64,000 nt of DNA from Squalus acanthias (taxonomy: Eukaryota). A model generated the notes under the pieces. That model saw only the letters and a list, made by a program, of their open reading frames with translations, did not search any database and was not told the origin of the DNA. The stretch's first letter is position 1, and each line of letters starts with the position of its first letter. The translations under genes were made by a program, and so were the position numbers. Shown one piece after another: positions 1-12,670 of the stretch. The stretch is from contig JASTWF010000033.1 in the NCBI GenBank assembly GCA_030390025.1, positions 684,001 to 748,000 of the forward strand, given 5' to 3'.

Positions 1-286
1 CCGTTCACAATATTAGACAGCATGTGGCCAGGAAGAGAAAGTGGATGGTCAGCAGTTTTGTGGGAATGGGGTTTAGGCAGCAGGAGTTAGTTTTCGGTGA
101 CAACATGAGCTTGGACCGTACACGGGGGGTAACAGGGGAATTCATGGGAATAAAGTAAGTGCATAATTAAATTACAGGACAGGTAAATTTAGCGGAAGGC
201 AGCAAATCTTTAGTTAAAACAGAATAAAGGAGACTTTAGGGGAATACAACAATTGTTTACTTTTCAGTAGAATAACGGGATCGATA

Positions 287-600
287 GGGGAACACAGTAA
301 TTGTGTAATTAGAGATAGAGGACAGGGTAATTTAGGGGTACACATTAACTGTGTAATTAGAGATAGTGGACAGGGTAATTTAGGGGAACACAGTAACTGT
401 GTAATTAGAGATAGAGGACAGGGTAATTTAGGGGAACACAATAACAGTGTAATTAGAGATAGAGGACAGGGTAATTTAGGGGAACACAGTAACTGTGTAA
501 TGAGAGATAGATGACAGGTGAAGTAAGGGGTACATGTTAACTTTTTAATTAGAAATAGAGGACAGGAGAATTTGGGAGAATGCTGTAACTGTTTAATTAT
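287..600. repeat. 48-bp minisatellite (GGGGAACACAGTAACTGTGTAATTAGAGATAGAGGACAGGGTAATTTA)n, ~6 copies
   Basis: Unit visible directly; produces the 16-aa periodicity (LLCSPKLPCPLSLITQ) of spurious ORF 214..630. Confidence 0.9.
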
Positions 601-728
601 AAATGGGGACCAGCGGGAATCATAAACCATTTATTTAGAAGTAGGGAACATGGAAAGATAATAACCGTTTAATAACAAATAGAGGGCTCAGGAATGCCAG
701 GAGAACACAACAACTGTTCAATAAGAAT

Positions 729-863
729 AGCAAAATAGAGCGGATGCTGGAATTCTGAAATAACAACAGAAAATGCTGGAACCACTCAGCAGATGAGCCC
801 CAAATCGAGGAGAGAGAAACAGAGTCAACGCTTCGGATCGAACCCTTCGTCAGAATTGGAAAA
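729..863 (-). mobile_element. Penelope-like element terminal (pLTR) remnant with degenerate minimal hammerhead motif
   Basis: Homologous to 43342-43452 and 59745-59950; minus strand reads CTGACGA-agggttcgatcc-GAAG-CGTT-GAC. Confidence 0.55.
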
Positions 864-1460
864 AGTTGGTGAAGAGAGATTTTTAAGTAGTGGCTGTTTA
901 AGTAGAAGCGAGGGCGAGAATCACAACCATATGGGATGGAATTTGACACGGTAATGTAATAGTTAACTTTGCTTCCTATTTTATTTTTGATTTTGGATGA
1001 TGTGGTTCATTACAAATCGACTTCTCACGATTGTAGCTGGGTGCAGATGCATCGCATCTGAGTCTGATGGAGTGAAAACCTCTGCCTGAAGCCTGACTGG
1101 TGCCTTAAGTACTGTTGGTCGTCTGACTCCAGTTAAATGAGAATGTGCCTGTTACACAGAATTACTCCAAACTCATAATCACTGCCCCAGAAGCTGAACG
1201 GCAGACGGATTGGCAAAGCCTGGGCTCCACGGAGACTTGTAACCAAGTGGAGTTTGGCTTTTACAGAAACTCAGGATCAAGTGGAACTTTGAAGAGTGAC
1301 GGTTAAAGAGGGCAGTTAATCACAATTAATAAATGAAGCTCATTCACAAAGTACTGAAGCTATTGTTAGCGAAAGGTTTTCAATCAGGTTCTTGAACATT
1401 GAAGTGAGGTGGCATAGGTATTTTAAGCACACAGTATATGTATTAGCAAATAAACATAAT

Positions 1461-2203
1461 GGCCCAGAAATTGATCTCGCTCTGTTCCCGCGGGGGTAAG
1501 CCTTCCCCGCGTATTCTCACCTCGCTTGTGCTTTTTCAGATCCAGCTCGCACGAACTTGATGTTCCAGACATCAGCTGTGCTGGGCTTGCGTATCCCAGC
1601 GGCGTAGTGAATTCGTGCGAGCTGTGGGATCACGTGACTCAGTTAGAGCCAATGGCAGCACACCATCTTCCATTCATAAGTCTCACAGCATGGCTGTGAA
1701 ATCTATGAATCTTACACACCCCCCAAAATAACAGCTAAACCTCAATTAAATTTAAAAAAAAACCATCACATTAATAAAATAAGTATAGTTAATTAAATTA
1801 ACCATTTTAAATAAAAAATTAAATTTTTGAAAAAATTTAAATCTTTTAAAAAGTTATAAAAATAAACTTACCTGTTTTTAAAGTCTCTAAAAAAGATATA
1901 CCTGTAAAAAAAAATTCAAAAAAATACTTAATTCGCTACTTACCTTCTTAAAAGCGGGTCTTACTCCTCCTTTTTACATTTCCAAAATCTTCCCTACTTA
2001 CCTGCGCGTCCAAAGCATGAAGTGCACAGCGTGCGCGCAGCCTGTAGCGCGCACGCGATGCACCCAGGCCCCGCCCCCTTTTCAGAAGAGCAATTGCCGG
2101 TTTTCAGCGCATGCGCAGGGCATGCACAAAACCGGCAATTGGAGTGGGAATACGCGAGAGTACGCAGTGCGTACTCTCGCGTCCCGGGATCAATTTTCGG
2201 CCC
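1461..2203. mobile_element. Non-autonomous DNA transposon (MITE), PIF/Harbinger-like, copy 1
   Basis: Imperfect TIRs GGCCCAGAAATTGATC / GATCAATTTTCGGCCC, 3-bp TSD AAT (1458-1460, 2204-2206), no transposase ORF, homologous over its length to 12671-13433. Confidence 0.85.
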
Positions 2204-2469
2204 AATATTATAGGTACTAACTACAATCACATCTGCTGATTGTTGGTTGGGGATTCAAACGTGTTGTAGTTCTGACCTCAGTATCTTGGACATCTGAGAA
2301 TGCTCATTCCAAAATGTCACATTTCCACTGACTCTTCATATCAATCCGCACAATTTTGCATCATCTAAACATATAGAAATGAAAATACAACTCCATAGAA
2401 GGAAAATTTAATGAACTCATCTTTTTATCATAAATGATAGTTTCCTTTACATAAAGAGCACCTTTTCCT

Positions 2470-5400
2470 TTGGGCGGACACGCGGCGAGACAGCGGTCAT
2501 AAAAGGCGGCAGCGACCAGGTAGGCGCACAGATGCGGCGGAACTGGGTGGAGCGACAGCGGCGAGGCGGCGGCCATAAAAGGCGGCAGCGACCAGGTAGG
2601 CCCACAGAGGCGGCGGACCTGGGTGGAGCGACAGCGGCGAGGCGGCGGCCATAAAAGGCGGCAGCGACCAGGTAGGCGACCAATCTGAGCCCCGAGAGCA
2701 GGAGAGAGAAGTAAAAAATAATCAACGTGTGACGTCACCAGAAAGCAGGTAAGTGATTGGTTGGTGAGTATTTCTCTTTTTCTCCTTTTTCCAAACTTAA
2801 TTTGTGTGGTTTATAGTTTCTAGTGTCTCTGTGGTATAGCGGGGAAAGTTGGTAAACAAGGGCCATATATCATTGAATTATAGTATAATTGGTGGGATTG
2901 ATTTGATTTAATTTAAGTTCAATTAATTAAAGGGTAAGTCATGGCAACACAGCTAGGCGCCGAGGTATGCTCCTACTGCGCTATTTGGGAAATCGGGGAC
3001 ACTTCCTGTGTCCCTGACGACCATGTGTGCAGGAAGTGTATCCAGCTGCAGCTACTATCAGACCGCATTGTGGCGCTGGAGCTGTGAATGGATACATACT
3101 GGTGCATTCGGGATGCTGCGGACCTCGTGGATAGCACGGTTAACCAGTTGGTCACACCGCAGGTAAAGGTTGCACAGGCAGAAAGGGAATGGTGACCACC
3201 AGGCAGAGTAGTAGGCACAGGCATGTAGTGCAGGAGTCCCCTGTGGACATCCCCCTCTCAAACAGATATACCGCTTTGGATACTGTTGAGGGGGATGGCT
3301 TATCAGGGGAAGGCAGCAGCAGCCAACTTCCTGGCACCAGGGGTGTTTCTTCTGCACAGGACGGGAGGAAAAAGAGGGGTAGAGCTATAGTGATAGGGGA
3401 TTCTATTGTAAGGGGAATAGAAAGGCGTTTCTGCAGCCGCAAACAAGACTCCAGGATGGTGCGTTGCCTCCCTAGTGCAAGGGTCTAGGATGTCTCAGAG
3501 CGGCTGCAGAACATTTTGGAAGGGGAGGGTGAACAGCCAATTGTCGTGGTGCATATAGGTACCAAATATATAGGTAAAAAAGGGGATGATGTCCTAAAAG
3601 CTGAATATAGGGAGTTAGGAGGTAAATAAAAAAATAGGACCTCAAAGGTAGTAATCTTAGGATTGCTACCAGTGCCACGTTCTAGTAAGATGAGAAATAG
3701 AAGGATATTTCAGATGAATACGTGGCTAGAGGAATGGTGCAAGGGGGAGGGATTCAAATTCCTGGGACATTGGAACCGGTTCTGGGGGAGGTGGGATCCA
3801 GTACAAATCGGCCGGTTTGCACCTGGGCAGGACCGGGACCGATGTCCTTGGGTGAGTGTTTGCTAGTGCTCTGGGAGAGGGTTTAAACTAAAATGGCAGG
3901 GGGTTGGAAACCTGAGCTGGGAGACAGAGGAAAGGGAAACAAGGATAGAAGCAAAATCAGGAAGGAAAAAAACAAAGGTGTCAGTCAGAGAAATCAAGGG
4001 TTTAAATCAAACGTGGCCACAGTAAATGATATTTCTAAAAGTCTACGAGCGTTAAAAAAACAAGCCTGAAAGCTTTGTGTCTTAATGCGAGGAGCATTCG
4101 TAATAAGGTGGATGAATTAGCTGCGCAAATAGAGGTAAATGAATATGATATGATTGGGATTACGGAAACATGGCTCCAGGGTTACCAAGGCTGGGAACTC
4201 AAAATACAGGGGTATTCAATATTCAGGAAAGATAGGCAAAAAGGAAAAGGAGGTGGGGTAGCATTGCTGGTTAAAGAGGGGATTAACACAATTGTAGGGA
4301 AGGATATTAGCTCTGATGATGTGGAATCTGTATGGGTAGAACTGAGAAATACCAAGTGGCAGAAAAAGCTAGATGGACTGGTGTATAGACCCCCAAACGG
4401 TAATACGGTGGTTGGGGATGTCATTAAAAGGGAAATTAGAGAAGCGTGCAATAAGAGCACAGCAGTTATCATGTGCGACTTTAATCTACATATAGATTGG
4501 GCTAACCATATTAGTAACAATACTGTGGAGGAGGAATTCCTGGAGTGTATACGGGATGGTTTCCTGGACCAATATTTCGAGGAACCAACTAGAGATCAGG
4601 CCATCTTAGACTGGGTATTATGTAATGAGAAAGGATTAATTAGCAACCTTGTTGTGCGAGGCCCCTTGGGTCGGAGCGATCATAATATGATAGAATTATT
4701 CATTAAGATGGAGAGTGAAGTAATTGACTTAGAGACTCGGGTCCAGTATTTAAATAAAATAAACTACGATTGTATGAGGCACGAGTTGGGTAGGATTGAT
4801 TGGGGAATGTCACTCAAAGGGTTGACGGTGGATAGGCAATGGCAAACATTCAAAGATCGCATGAATGAACTGCATAATTTTTTCATCCCAGTTTGGCATA
4901 AAAAATAAACCAAAAAAGTGACTCAACCGTGGCTAACAAAGGAAATTAGGGATAGTATAATATCCAAGGTGAGGACATATAAATTGGCCAGAAAAAGCAG
5001 AAAACCTGAGGATTGGGAGACGTAGAGGATTCAGCAATGAAGGGCAAAGGGATTAATTTAGAGGGCGAAAATATATTATGAGAGGAAGCTTGCAGGGAAC
5101 ATAAAAAATGACAGTTAAAGCTTTTATAGAAATGTGAAGAGAAAAAGATTGGTGAAGTCAAGCGTAGGTCTCTTGCAGTCAGAATCAGGGGAATTTATAA
5201 TGGGGAACCAAGAAATGGCAGGTCATTTAAATACATACTTTGGTTCTGTCTTCAAAAAGGAGGACACAAATAACCTCCCAGAGATGTCGGGGAACATAGG
5301 GTCTAATGAGAGGGAAGAACTGAACGAAATCAGCATTTGTTGGGAAATAATGTTAGGGAAATTGACGGGATTGAAGGCCGATAAATCCCCAGGGCCTGAT

Positions 5401-6974
5401 AATCTACATCCTAGGGTACTTAAGGAAGTGGCCCTAGAAATAGTAGATGCATTGCTGGTCATCTTCCAAAATTCTATAGACTCTGGAACAGTACCCATGG
5501 ATTGGAGGGTTGCTAATGTTAGCCCGCTATTCAAAAAAGGTGGCAGAGAGAAAGCGGGGAATTATAGACTGGAAAGCCTGACATCGGTAGTGGGGAAAAT
5601 GCTAGAGTCCATTATAAAAGATGCAATAGCAGAGCACTTGGAAAGCAGTGACAGGATCGGACAATGTCAACATGGATTTACAAAAGGTAAATCGTGCCTG
5701 ACTAATCTACTGGAATTTTTTGAGGATTTATCTGTTAAATTAGATAAGGGAGAACCAGTGGCTGTGTTGTATTTGGACTTTCAGAAGGCTTTCCATAAGG
5801 TCCCGCATAAGAGATTAGCGTGTAAAGTTAAGGCATATGGGATTGAGGGCAAGGTATTGACTTGGATAGAGAACTGGTTGGCAGACAGAAAGCAAAGAGT
5901 TGGAATAAATGGGTCTTTTTCCGAGTGGCAGGCAGTGACTAGTGGGGTACCGCAGGGATCGGTCCTAGGACCCCAGCTATTCACAATATATATATTAATG
6001 ATCTAGACGAGGGAATTGGATGTAATACCTCCAAGTTTGCAGACGACACAAAGCTGGGTGGGAGTGTGTGCCGTGAGGAGGATGTCGAGAAACTCCAGTA
6101 TGATTTGGACAGGTTGGGTGATTGGGCAGAAGCAGGGCAGATGCAATATAATGTGGATAAATGCCAGGTTATCCACTTTCGTGTCAAAAACAGGAAGGAA
6201 AATTATTATCTGAATTGCAATAGATTGGGAGAAGAGGAAGTGCAACGAAACCTGGGTGTCCTTGTGCACCAGTCGCTGAAGGTAAGTATGCAGGTGCAGC
6301 AGGCGGTTAAGAAGGCAAATGGTATGTTGGCATTCGTAGCGAAAGGGTTCGAGTACAGGAACAAGGATGTCTTGCTGCAGTTGTACAGGGCCTTGGTGAG
6401 AACACATCTTGAGTATTGTGTGCAGTTTTGGTCGCCTTATCTGAGGAAGGATGTTCTTGCCCTGGAGGGAGTGCAGCGAAGATTCACAAGGCTGATACCT
6501 GGAATGGCAGGAATGACGTATGAGGAGAGTTTGGGTCGATTGAGCTTTTACTCGCTGGGTTTAGAAGAATGAGAGGGGATCTCATCGAAACTTATAAAAT
6601 TCTAACATGACTCGACAGACTAGATGCAAAAAGGATGTTCCCGATGGCCGGGGAGTCCAGAACCAGGGGTCACAGTCTAAGGATAAGGGTTAAGCCATTT
6701 AGGACTGAGATGAGGAGGAATTTCTTCACCCAGAGAGTGGCGAACCTGTGGAATTCTCTACCACAGAAGGCAGTAGAGGCCAATTCATTAAATATATTCA
6801 AGAAGGAGTTAGTTATATTTCTTAAAGCTAAAGGGATCAAGGGATATGGGGAGAAGGCAGGGACAGGGTACTGAATTTGGATGATCAGCCATGATCTCAT
6901 TGAATGGGGGAGCAGGCTCGGGGGGTTGAGTGGCCTGCTCCTGCTCCTATCTTCTATGTTTCTATGTTTCTATA
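2470..6974 (+). mobile_element. Near full-length CR1 LINE, inactivated by stops and frameshifts
   Basis: ORF1 from ATG 2941 (CxxC..CxxC, then SGNH esterase motif VIGDSIVRG); ORF2 pieces 4075-6874 with APE endonuclease (NARS, ITETW, DFN, SDH) and RT ([15 protein letters not shown]); 3' tail (TTCTATGT)n. Confidence 0.95.
2495..2680 (+). repeat. 76-bp GC-rich tandem monomers (~2.5 copies) in the CR1 5' UTR
   Basis: ATAAAAGGCGGCAGCGACCAGGTAGG recurs at 2499, 2575 and 2651. Confidence 0.9.
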
Positions 6975-7094
6975 TAATTACCTTAGTTCGTTATATTATC
7001 AATAATTTCAATCTTGTTCCTTTAATTGCAATTCGGCCAAGTGAATACTTTAATTATAAATCTGTCTTCATTTCTGCAACATCTGTACCAAGTT

Positions 7095-7427
7095 ACTCAC
7101 CAAGGCTCCTACGGCAGCACTTCCCAAAAACGTGACCTTTTCCACCTAGAAGGACAAAGGCAGCAGGCGCATGGGAACACCAACACCTGCACGTTCCCCA
7201 CCATGTCACACACCATCCTGACTTGGAAGTATATCGCCGTTCCTTCATCATCGCTGGGTCAAAATCCTGGAACTCCCTCCCTAACAGCACTGTAGGAGTA
7301 GCTTCACCACAGGGACTGCAGCGGTTCAAGAGGGCAGCTCACCAGCACCTTCTCAAGGGAAATTAGGGACGGGCAATATATGCTGGCCTTGCCAGCGACG
7401 CCCACATCCCATGAATGAATAAAAAAA
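7095..7427 (+). mobile_element. 3' end of a second LINE family (CR1/L2-group, here 'family B') with TGAA/A-rich tail
   Basis: Ends CCCACATCCCATGAATGAATAAAAAAA; its reverse complement matches the start of 15404-16548. Confidence 0.7.
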
Positions 7428-8249
7428 GATGATGGCAGTCCAGATATTAACATTTACATAATAAACACATTTCCAACACTGTTATCAAATGATTGAAGTT
7501 CTCTGAAATGTATGAATCAGTTTACAATGACATTTCTTTAATTACATTTCTTCTTATTGCAACCTTAATCTGACCATTGCTGCAGGGTGAGCCCTCGCTC
7601 ATCAGCTCAGTGCTACTTTAAATTGACTGCTTAACAGGTAAAGGCTAAAGGTTAACATTACTACAATATTAAGATAATCCAATAGAGTAAAACATTATCA
7701 AACTTCAGGAGCGTCTGATTCTCCCTTCCCGGACAGTGTCCTCTGTCTTAGCATTAGAGTATTTAATGTCAGCATTAAACTATATCTCATCAGCAACGTA
7801 TATCTATCGCGGTCTATTCTTTTGTGCAGATCTCTACCCACTGGTTTTGCACATTAAACTCTCCAGAGCCACATTAACCTTTTCAAGTAGGGTTGTTTTC
7901 AGCATGATTGACCGTGTCTTGGACCCGTTCGCCATGGAATCTTCATCATGAATATCGCAAACTAGTTGCTTCTTGCACAACACGTCACTTCTGCACACAC
8001 AGCGATAATCCAAGATCATGCAGCGCAATACATCCGACACAAAACATTCCAGCCCTTTTTGTCAATCTGGGGGGAGGGGATTTTGTAGGTGTTTGATTTT
8101 AAGATAACAACTACATTCTTCTCATTATTCAGTTTAAGCAAGGACACAGCCATCTCCAACGGAAAGCTATCAATTAACCATCTTAACTAAAATGTATTGA
8201 CTTTCACGAGATTGTGCATTGATTCCAGACTTATATCTTTTGGCGAGTC

Positions 8250-8541
8250 ATGCCAAGGCGACTTAAGTTAAGAAGGGACTTGACAGCATAGATAGAAGGA
8301 GACAGCTTCCATTAGTTGAGGATCAAGAACTAACTGCCAGAGGTAAAAGGATAAATGGAAGAGATTTAGAACTGAGTGCAGGATAACCCTCTTCACATGG
8401 AGAGTTGTGAGGCTGCGGTTTGGATATGACAATTAATAAAAATAGGTTGATGGGATGCTGAGATAAGGCGGGTAAAGTAAATTGAACTATTTTCTCGGGA
8501 GCAGTGTAAACGCGGTCACGGACTGGTTTGGTAAAATTATC
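8250..8541 (+). mobile_element. Old degraded CR1 3' end, host of the young CR1 insertion
   Basis: Residual similarity to the CR1 ORF2 C-terminus (GLD..D....FP; FFT.RVV region). Confidence 0.55.
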
Positions 8542-10976
8542 TGTCCCCTGTTTAAGGGATGGTTTCCTAAACCAATATGTTGAGGAACCAACTCGAGGGG
8601 AGGCCATCCTGCACTCGGTGTTGTGTAATGAGGAAGGACTAATCAGCAATCTTGTGGTACGAGGCCCCCTGGGGAAGAGTGACCATAGTATGGTGGAGTT
8701 CTACATTAGGATGGAGAAGGAAACAGTTAAGTCAGAGACCATGGTCCAGAACTTAAATAAGGGCAACTTTGATGGTATGAGGTGTGAATTGGCGAGGTTA
8801 AATTGGCAAGCGATATTTAAGGGGCTATCAGTGGAAGGGCAATGGCAGACATTTAGAGATCGCATGGATGAACTACAACAATTGTACATCCCGGTCTGGC
8901 GTAAAAATAAAAAAGGGAAGGTTGCTCAACCATGGCTAACAAGGGAAATCAGGGATAGTATTAAAACCAAGGAAGTTGCATACAAATTGACCAGAAGTAG
9001 CAGCAAACCCGGGGACTGGGAGAACTTCAAAACTCAGCAAAGGAGGACGAAGGGTTTGATTAGGGCAGGGAAAATAAAATATGAAAGGAAGCTTGCAGAG
9101 AACATTAAAATGGACTGCAAAAGCTTCTATAAATATGTAAAAAGAAAGAGGTTAGTAAAAACAAACGTAGGTCCCCTGCAGTCGGAAACAGGGCAAGTCG
9201 TAATGGGGAACAAGGAAATGGGAGATCAATTGAACAAGTACTTTGGTTCGGTGTTTACTGTGGAGGACACACACAACCTGCCGGAAATAAAAGGGGTCAG
9301 AGGATCTGGTAAGAGGGAGGAGCTGAGGGAAATCCTTATTAGTTGGGAAAAGGTATTGGGGAAATTGATGGGACTGAAGGCTGAAAAATCCCCGGGGCCT
9401 GATGGTCTGCATCCCAGAGTACTTAAGGAGGTGGCCTTGGAAATAGTGGATGCATTGACGATCATTTTCCAACATTCCTTAGACTCTGGATCAGTTCCGA
9501 TGGAGTGGAGGGTGGCCAATGTAACCCGTCTTTTTAAAAAAGGAGGGAGGGAGAAAGCAGGGAATTATAGACCGGTCAGCCTGACATCGGTCGTGGGTAA
9601 AATGATGGAAGCAATTATTAAAGATGTCATAACAGACCATTTGGAAAGTGGCGACATGATAGGTCCAAGTCAGCATGGATTTGTGAAAGGGAAATCATGC
9701 TTGACAAATCTTCTGGAATTTTTTGAGGATGTTTCCAATAGGGTGGACAGGGGGGAACCAGTAGATGTGGTGTATTTGGACTTTCAGAAGGCCTTCGACA
9801 AGGTCCCACACAAGAGATTGGTGAGCAAAGTTAAAGCAATTGGGATTGGGGGTAATGTGTTGATGTGGATTGAGAACTGGTTGGCACACAGGAAACAAAG
9901 AGTAGGAGTAAATGGGTACTTTTCAGAATGGCAGGCAGTGACCAGCGGGGTACCGCAGGGTTCGGTGCTGGGACCCCAGCTGTTTACATTATATATTAAT
10001 GATTTGGACGAAGGGATTAAATGTAATATCTCCAAATTTGCGGATGACACTAAATTGGGAGGCAGTGTGAACAATGAGGAGGATGCTAGGAGGCTACAGA
10101 GTGACTTGGACAGGTTGGGTGAATGGGCAAATGTATGGCAGATGAAGTACAATGTGGATAAATGTGAGGTTATCCACTTTGGTGGTAAAAATAGAGAGGC
10201 GGACTATTACCTGAATGGTAGCAGATTAGGGAAAGGGGAGGTGCAACGAGACCTGGGCGTCATGGTACATCAGTCACTGAAGGTGGGAATGCAAGTGCAG
10301 CAGGCAGTCAAGAAAGCAAACGGAATGATGGCCTTCATAGCAAGGGGATTTGAGTACAGGAGTAGGGAGGTGATGCTGCAGTTGTACAGGGCCTTGGTGA
10401 GGCCACACCTGGAGTATTGTGCGCAGTTTTGGTCTCCTAACTTACGGAAGGACATTCTTGCTATTGAGGGAGTGCAGCGAAGGTTCACTAGATTGATTCC
10501 TGGGATGGCCGGACTGACATATCAAGAAAGATTGGGTCAACTGAACTTGTATCCTCTGGAGTTCAGAAGAATGAGGGGGGATCTTATAGAGACATTTAAA
10601 ATCCTGACTGGTTTAGACAAATTAGATGCGGGCAGAATGTTCCCAATGTTAGGGAAAACTAGAACCAGGGGTCACAGTCTAAGGATTAAGGGGAAGCCAT
10701 TTAAGACTGAGCTGAGGAGGAACTTCTTCACCCAGAGAGTGGTGAATCTATGGAATTCTCTTCCACAGAAGGTTGTTGAGGCCAGTTCGCTAAATATATT
10801 CAAAAGGGAGTTAGATATAACACTCACAACTAGGGGGATCAAGGGGTATGGCGAGAAAGCAGGAATGGGGTACTGAGGTAGCATGTTCAGCCATGAACGC
10901 ATTGAATGGCGGTGCAGGCTCGAAGGACCGAATGGTCTACTCCTGTACCTATTTTCTATGTTTCTATGTTTCTATG
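8542..10976 (+). mobile_element. Young 5'-truncated CR1 LINE with uninterrupted ORF2 remainder
   Basis: 782-codon open frame 8528..10876 (endonuclease C-terminal SDH motif, complete RT with KFADD, C-terminal domain); (TTCTATGT)3 tail; candidate TSD TTATC at 8537-8541 and 10977-10981. Confidence 0.95.
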
Positions 10977-11542
10977 TTATCAATTCTACAACATTTTGAT
11001 GACCAGTTTGGGGTTTAAGTAAACATCTGTGAACAAAGATGCCTAATGTCACATTGACGAGTCAAGTTCCTACTGTCTCCATCATTAGACACTGATCAGG
11101 AGAAAGGGCCCCGTTCTATTGGTCCAGGAGACAATGGGGGGCGGAGTCAGATGGGGAAACCAGCGCCTGCAACATTCACACCAAGATTACAGAATTACAG
11201 ATAACCACCATTGTAACACATTGTTTCTACATTAAAAGAAACTTTAACTATTAATTGAACTGGGGCGTCTCATTCCAGCACCTGCGGTGTGAGGTAGTTA
11301 ACGCTGACGCCCGCATATTCTACTCCACTGCTGAAGCTCAGTCATGACTGTTCTCTTTGAATCTTGAGCGGGAAATGCGCTGTTTTAGGAGAAATCGATT
11401 ATGTTCACCCGCGGAAAGCAGCAGATATCAGACACACGGCACAAAGTGGGAGAAATGTTTTCTGATCCTTTTTATTTTCACAACAGCAAAGCATGGTATT
11501 GGAACTCTAGTTTGGACCGGAATCTTTGTTATATTTTTTCAT

Positions 11543-12435
11543 TTATTTGCAAATAAATCTCCAAGGAGTTTTCATCACCTGCTTTAGCTCTTCCCTGAAT
11601 TTAGTTTGAGTAGCTGCATAAATACATGTGTTTGTACAGGAACTCAAATACATGAGCATATAACCGGTTTCAGCGGCAATATAGGCAGGGGTGGCATGAT
11701 CGCCTCGGTAATGTACGGTGCTTGTCACTCTGGTAGTTAAATTAGTAACGATAGTTGTCAGCCACAACAGTATAAAACTGGCCGATACAGTGAACAGTAA
11801 AATGATGGATTTCCTTCGGTTTACCATCTCTGGATCGCTTTGATTCTCACTGCTGTGACCCCGGAGTCCCTTGCGGGCTCTGCTGGCCACTAAAATACGT
11901 CTGGCTGTCAAACAATTAAACAGTAATATCAAAGCAAAATTAAGCCAAGAAAAACAAATGCGACGTAACCAGGAAAACACCACTCCTACAGGCGATGAAG
12001 AAAACTCCGCTCTGGGTCGGCAACCCCACTGAACATTGTTAATTATTCGCTCAGATTCAAATGCAAACCAAAACACGAGGCTCTGTAAACAGATCAGGAC
12101 AGAGACCGTTGTTATAACCGCGGCCGCAGTTCTCACTCTGCAATACTTGGTTTTAAACTTCTCACAACATATAGCTACAAATCGGTCAAATGTGAACGAG
12201 ACTGTAAACCACACCGACAAATACAGCGCGACACATTGCAGGTATATAATGATCTTACAAACGACAGTGTAGGACAGGAATGAATGTGGAAAGTGATAAC
12301 GTAAAATGCGGTTCACTAATATATTGAGGATCATGACCAGTAGATCTGCTGTTGCCATGGCCACCATGTAGACAGAGATACACTTGGAAAGGCCGCAGTT
12401 TCCTCTGGAGAGAATCACGATTGTCAGTAAGTTGG
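11543..12435 (-). CDS. GPR139/GPR142-like class A orphan GPCR, coding exon 2
   Basis: Acceptor ctctttctcacag|CC AAC TTA at 12436/12435; hydrophobic TM segments, AMATADLL (TM2), FDRFVAIC (DRY-like), SSCTNTCIY (NPxxY-like); stop TAA 11543-11545. Confidence 0.9.
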
Positions 12436-12670
12436 CTGTGAGAAAGAGGGACAAGAGGTCAGTAACGGGGTCACTCAGATAAATCTCACAGCTTATTGTG
12501 AGGAAATATTCGGATGTGTCTGTATTCTGCGTTATGCGCACGGATTTTTTCATGAATATAGGCGAGGGTGAAGACATTTAATTTAAAGTAATGAAATCAT
12601 TGAACATTCAATATCGAGGGACTGAAAAACCGCCGTCCGTCCAGCAAACTTCAGTCAAGTATTAAATATT

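Noticed and set aside
214..630. Cys/Pro/Leu repeat protein ORF
   Set aside because: Translation of a 48-bp minisatellite
1994..2738. Short GC-rich ORFs
   Set aside because: They fall in MITE hairpins and CR1 5'-UTR monomers, with no recognisable protein similarity
7600..8240. Unique-looking sequence with short ORFs (likewise 38800-39500 and 56000-56400)
   Set aside because: No recognisable protein motifs or convincing splice pairs; cannot be assigned without a database search
8528..10876. Domesticated or host reverse transcriptase gene
   Set aside because: Begins mid-endonuclease, uses a non-ATG start in flanking DNA and has a LINE tail; best explained as a young truncated CR1
12436..12577. 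N-terminal ~47 aa of ORF 11543..12577
   Set aside because: Intron read-through; there is a strong acceptor at 12436 and an in-phase true exon 1 at 13943-14012
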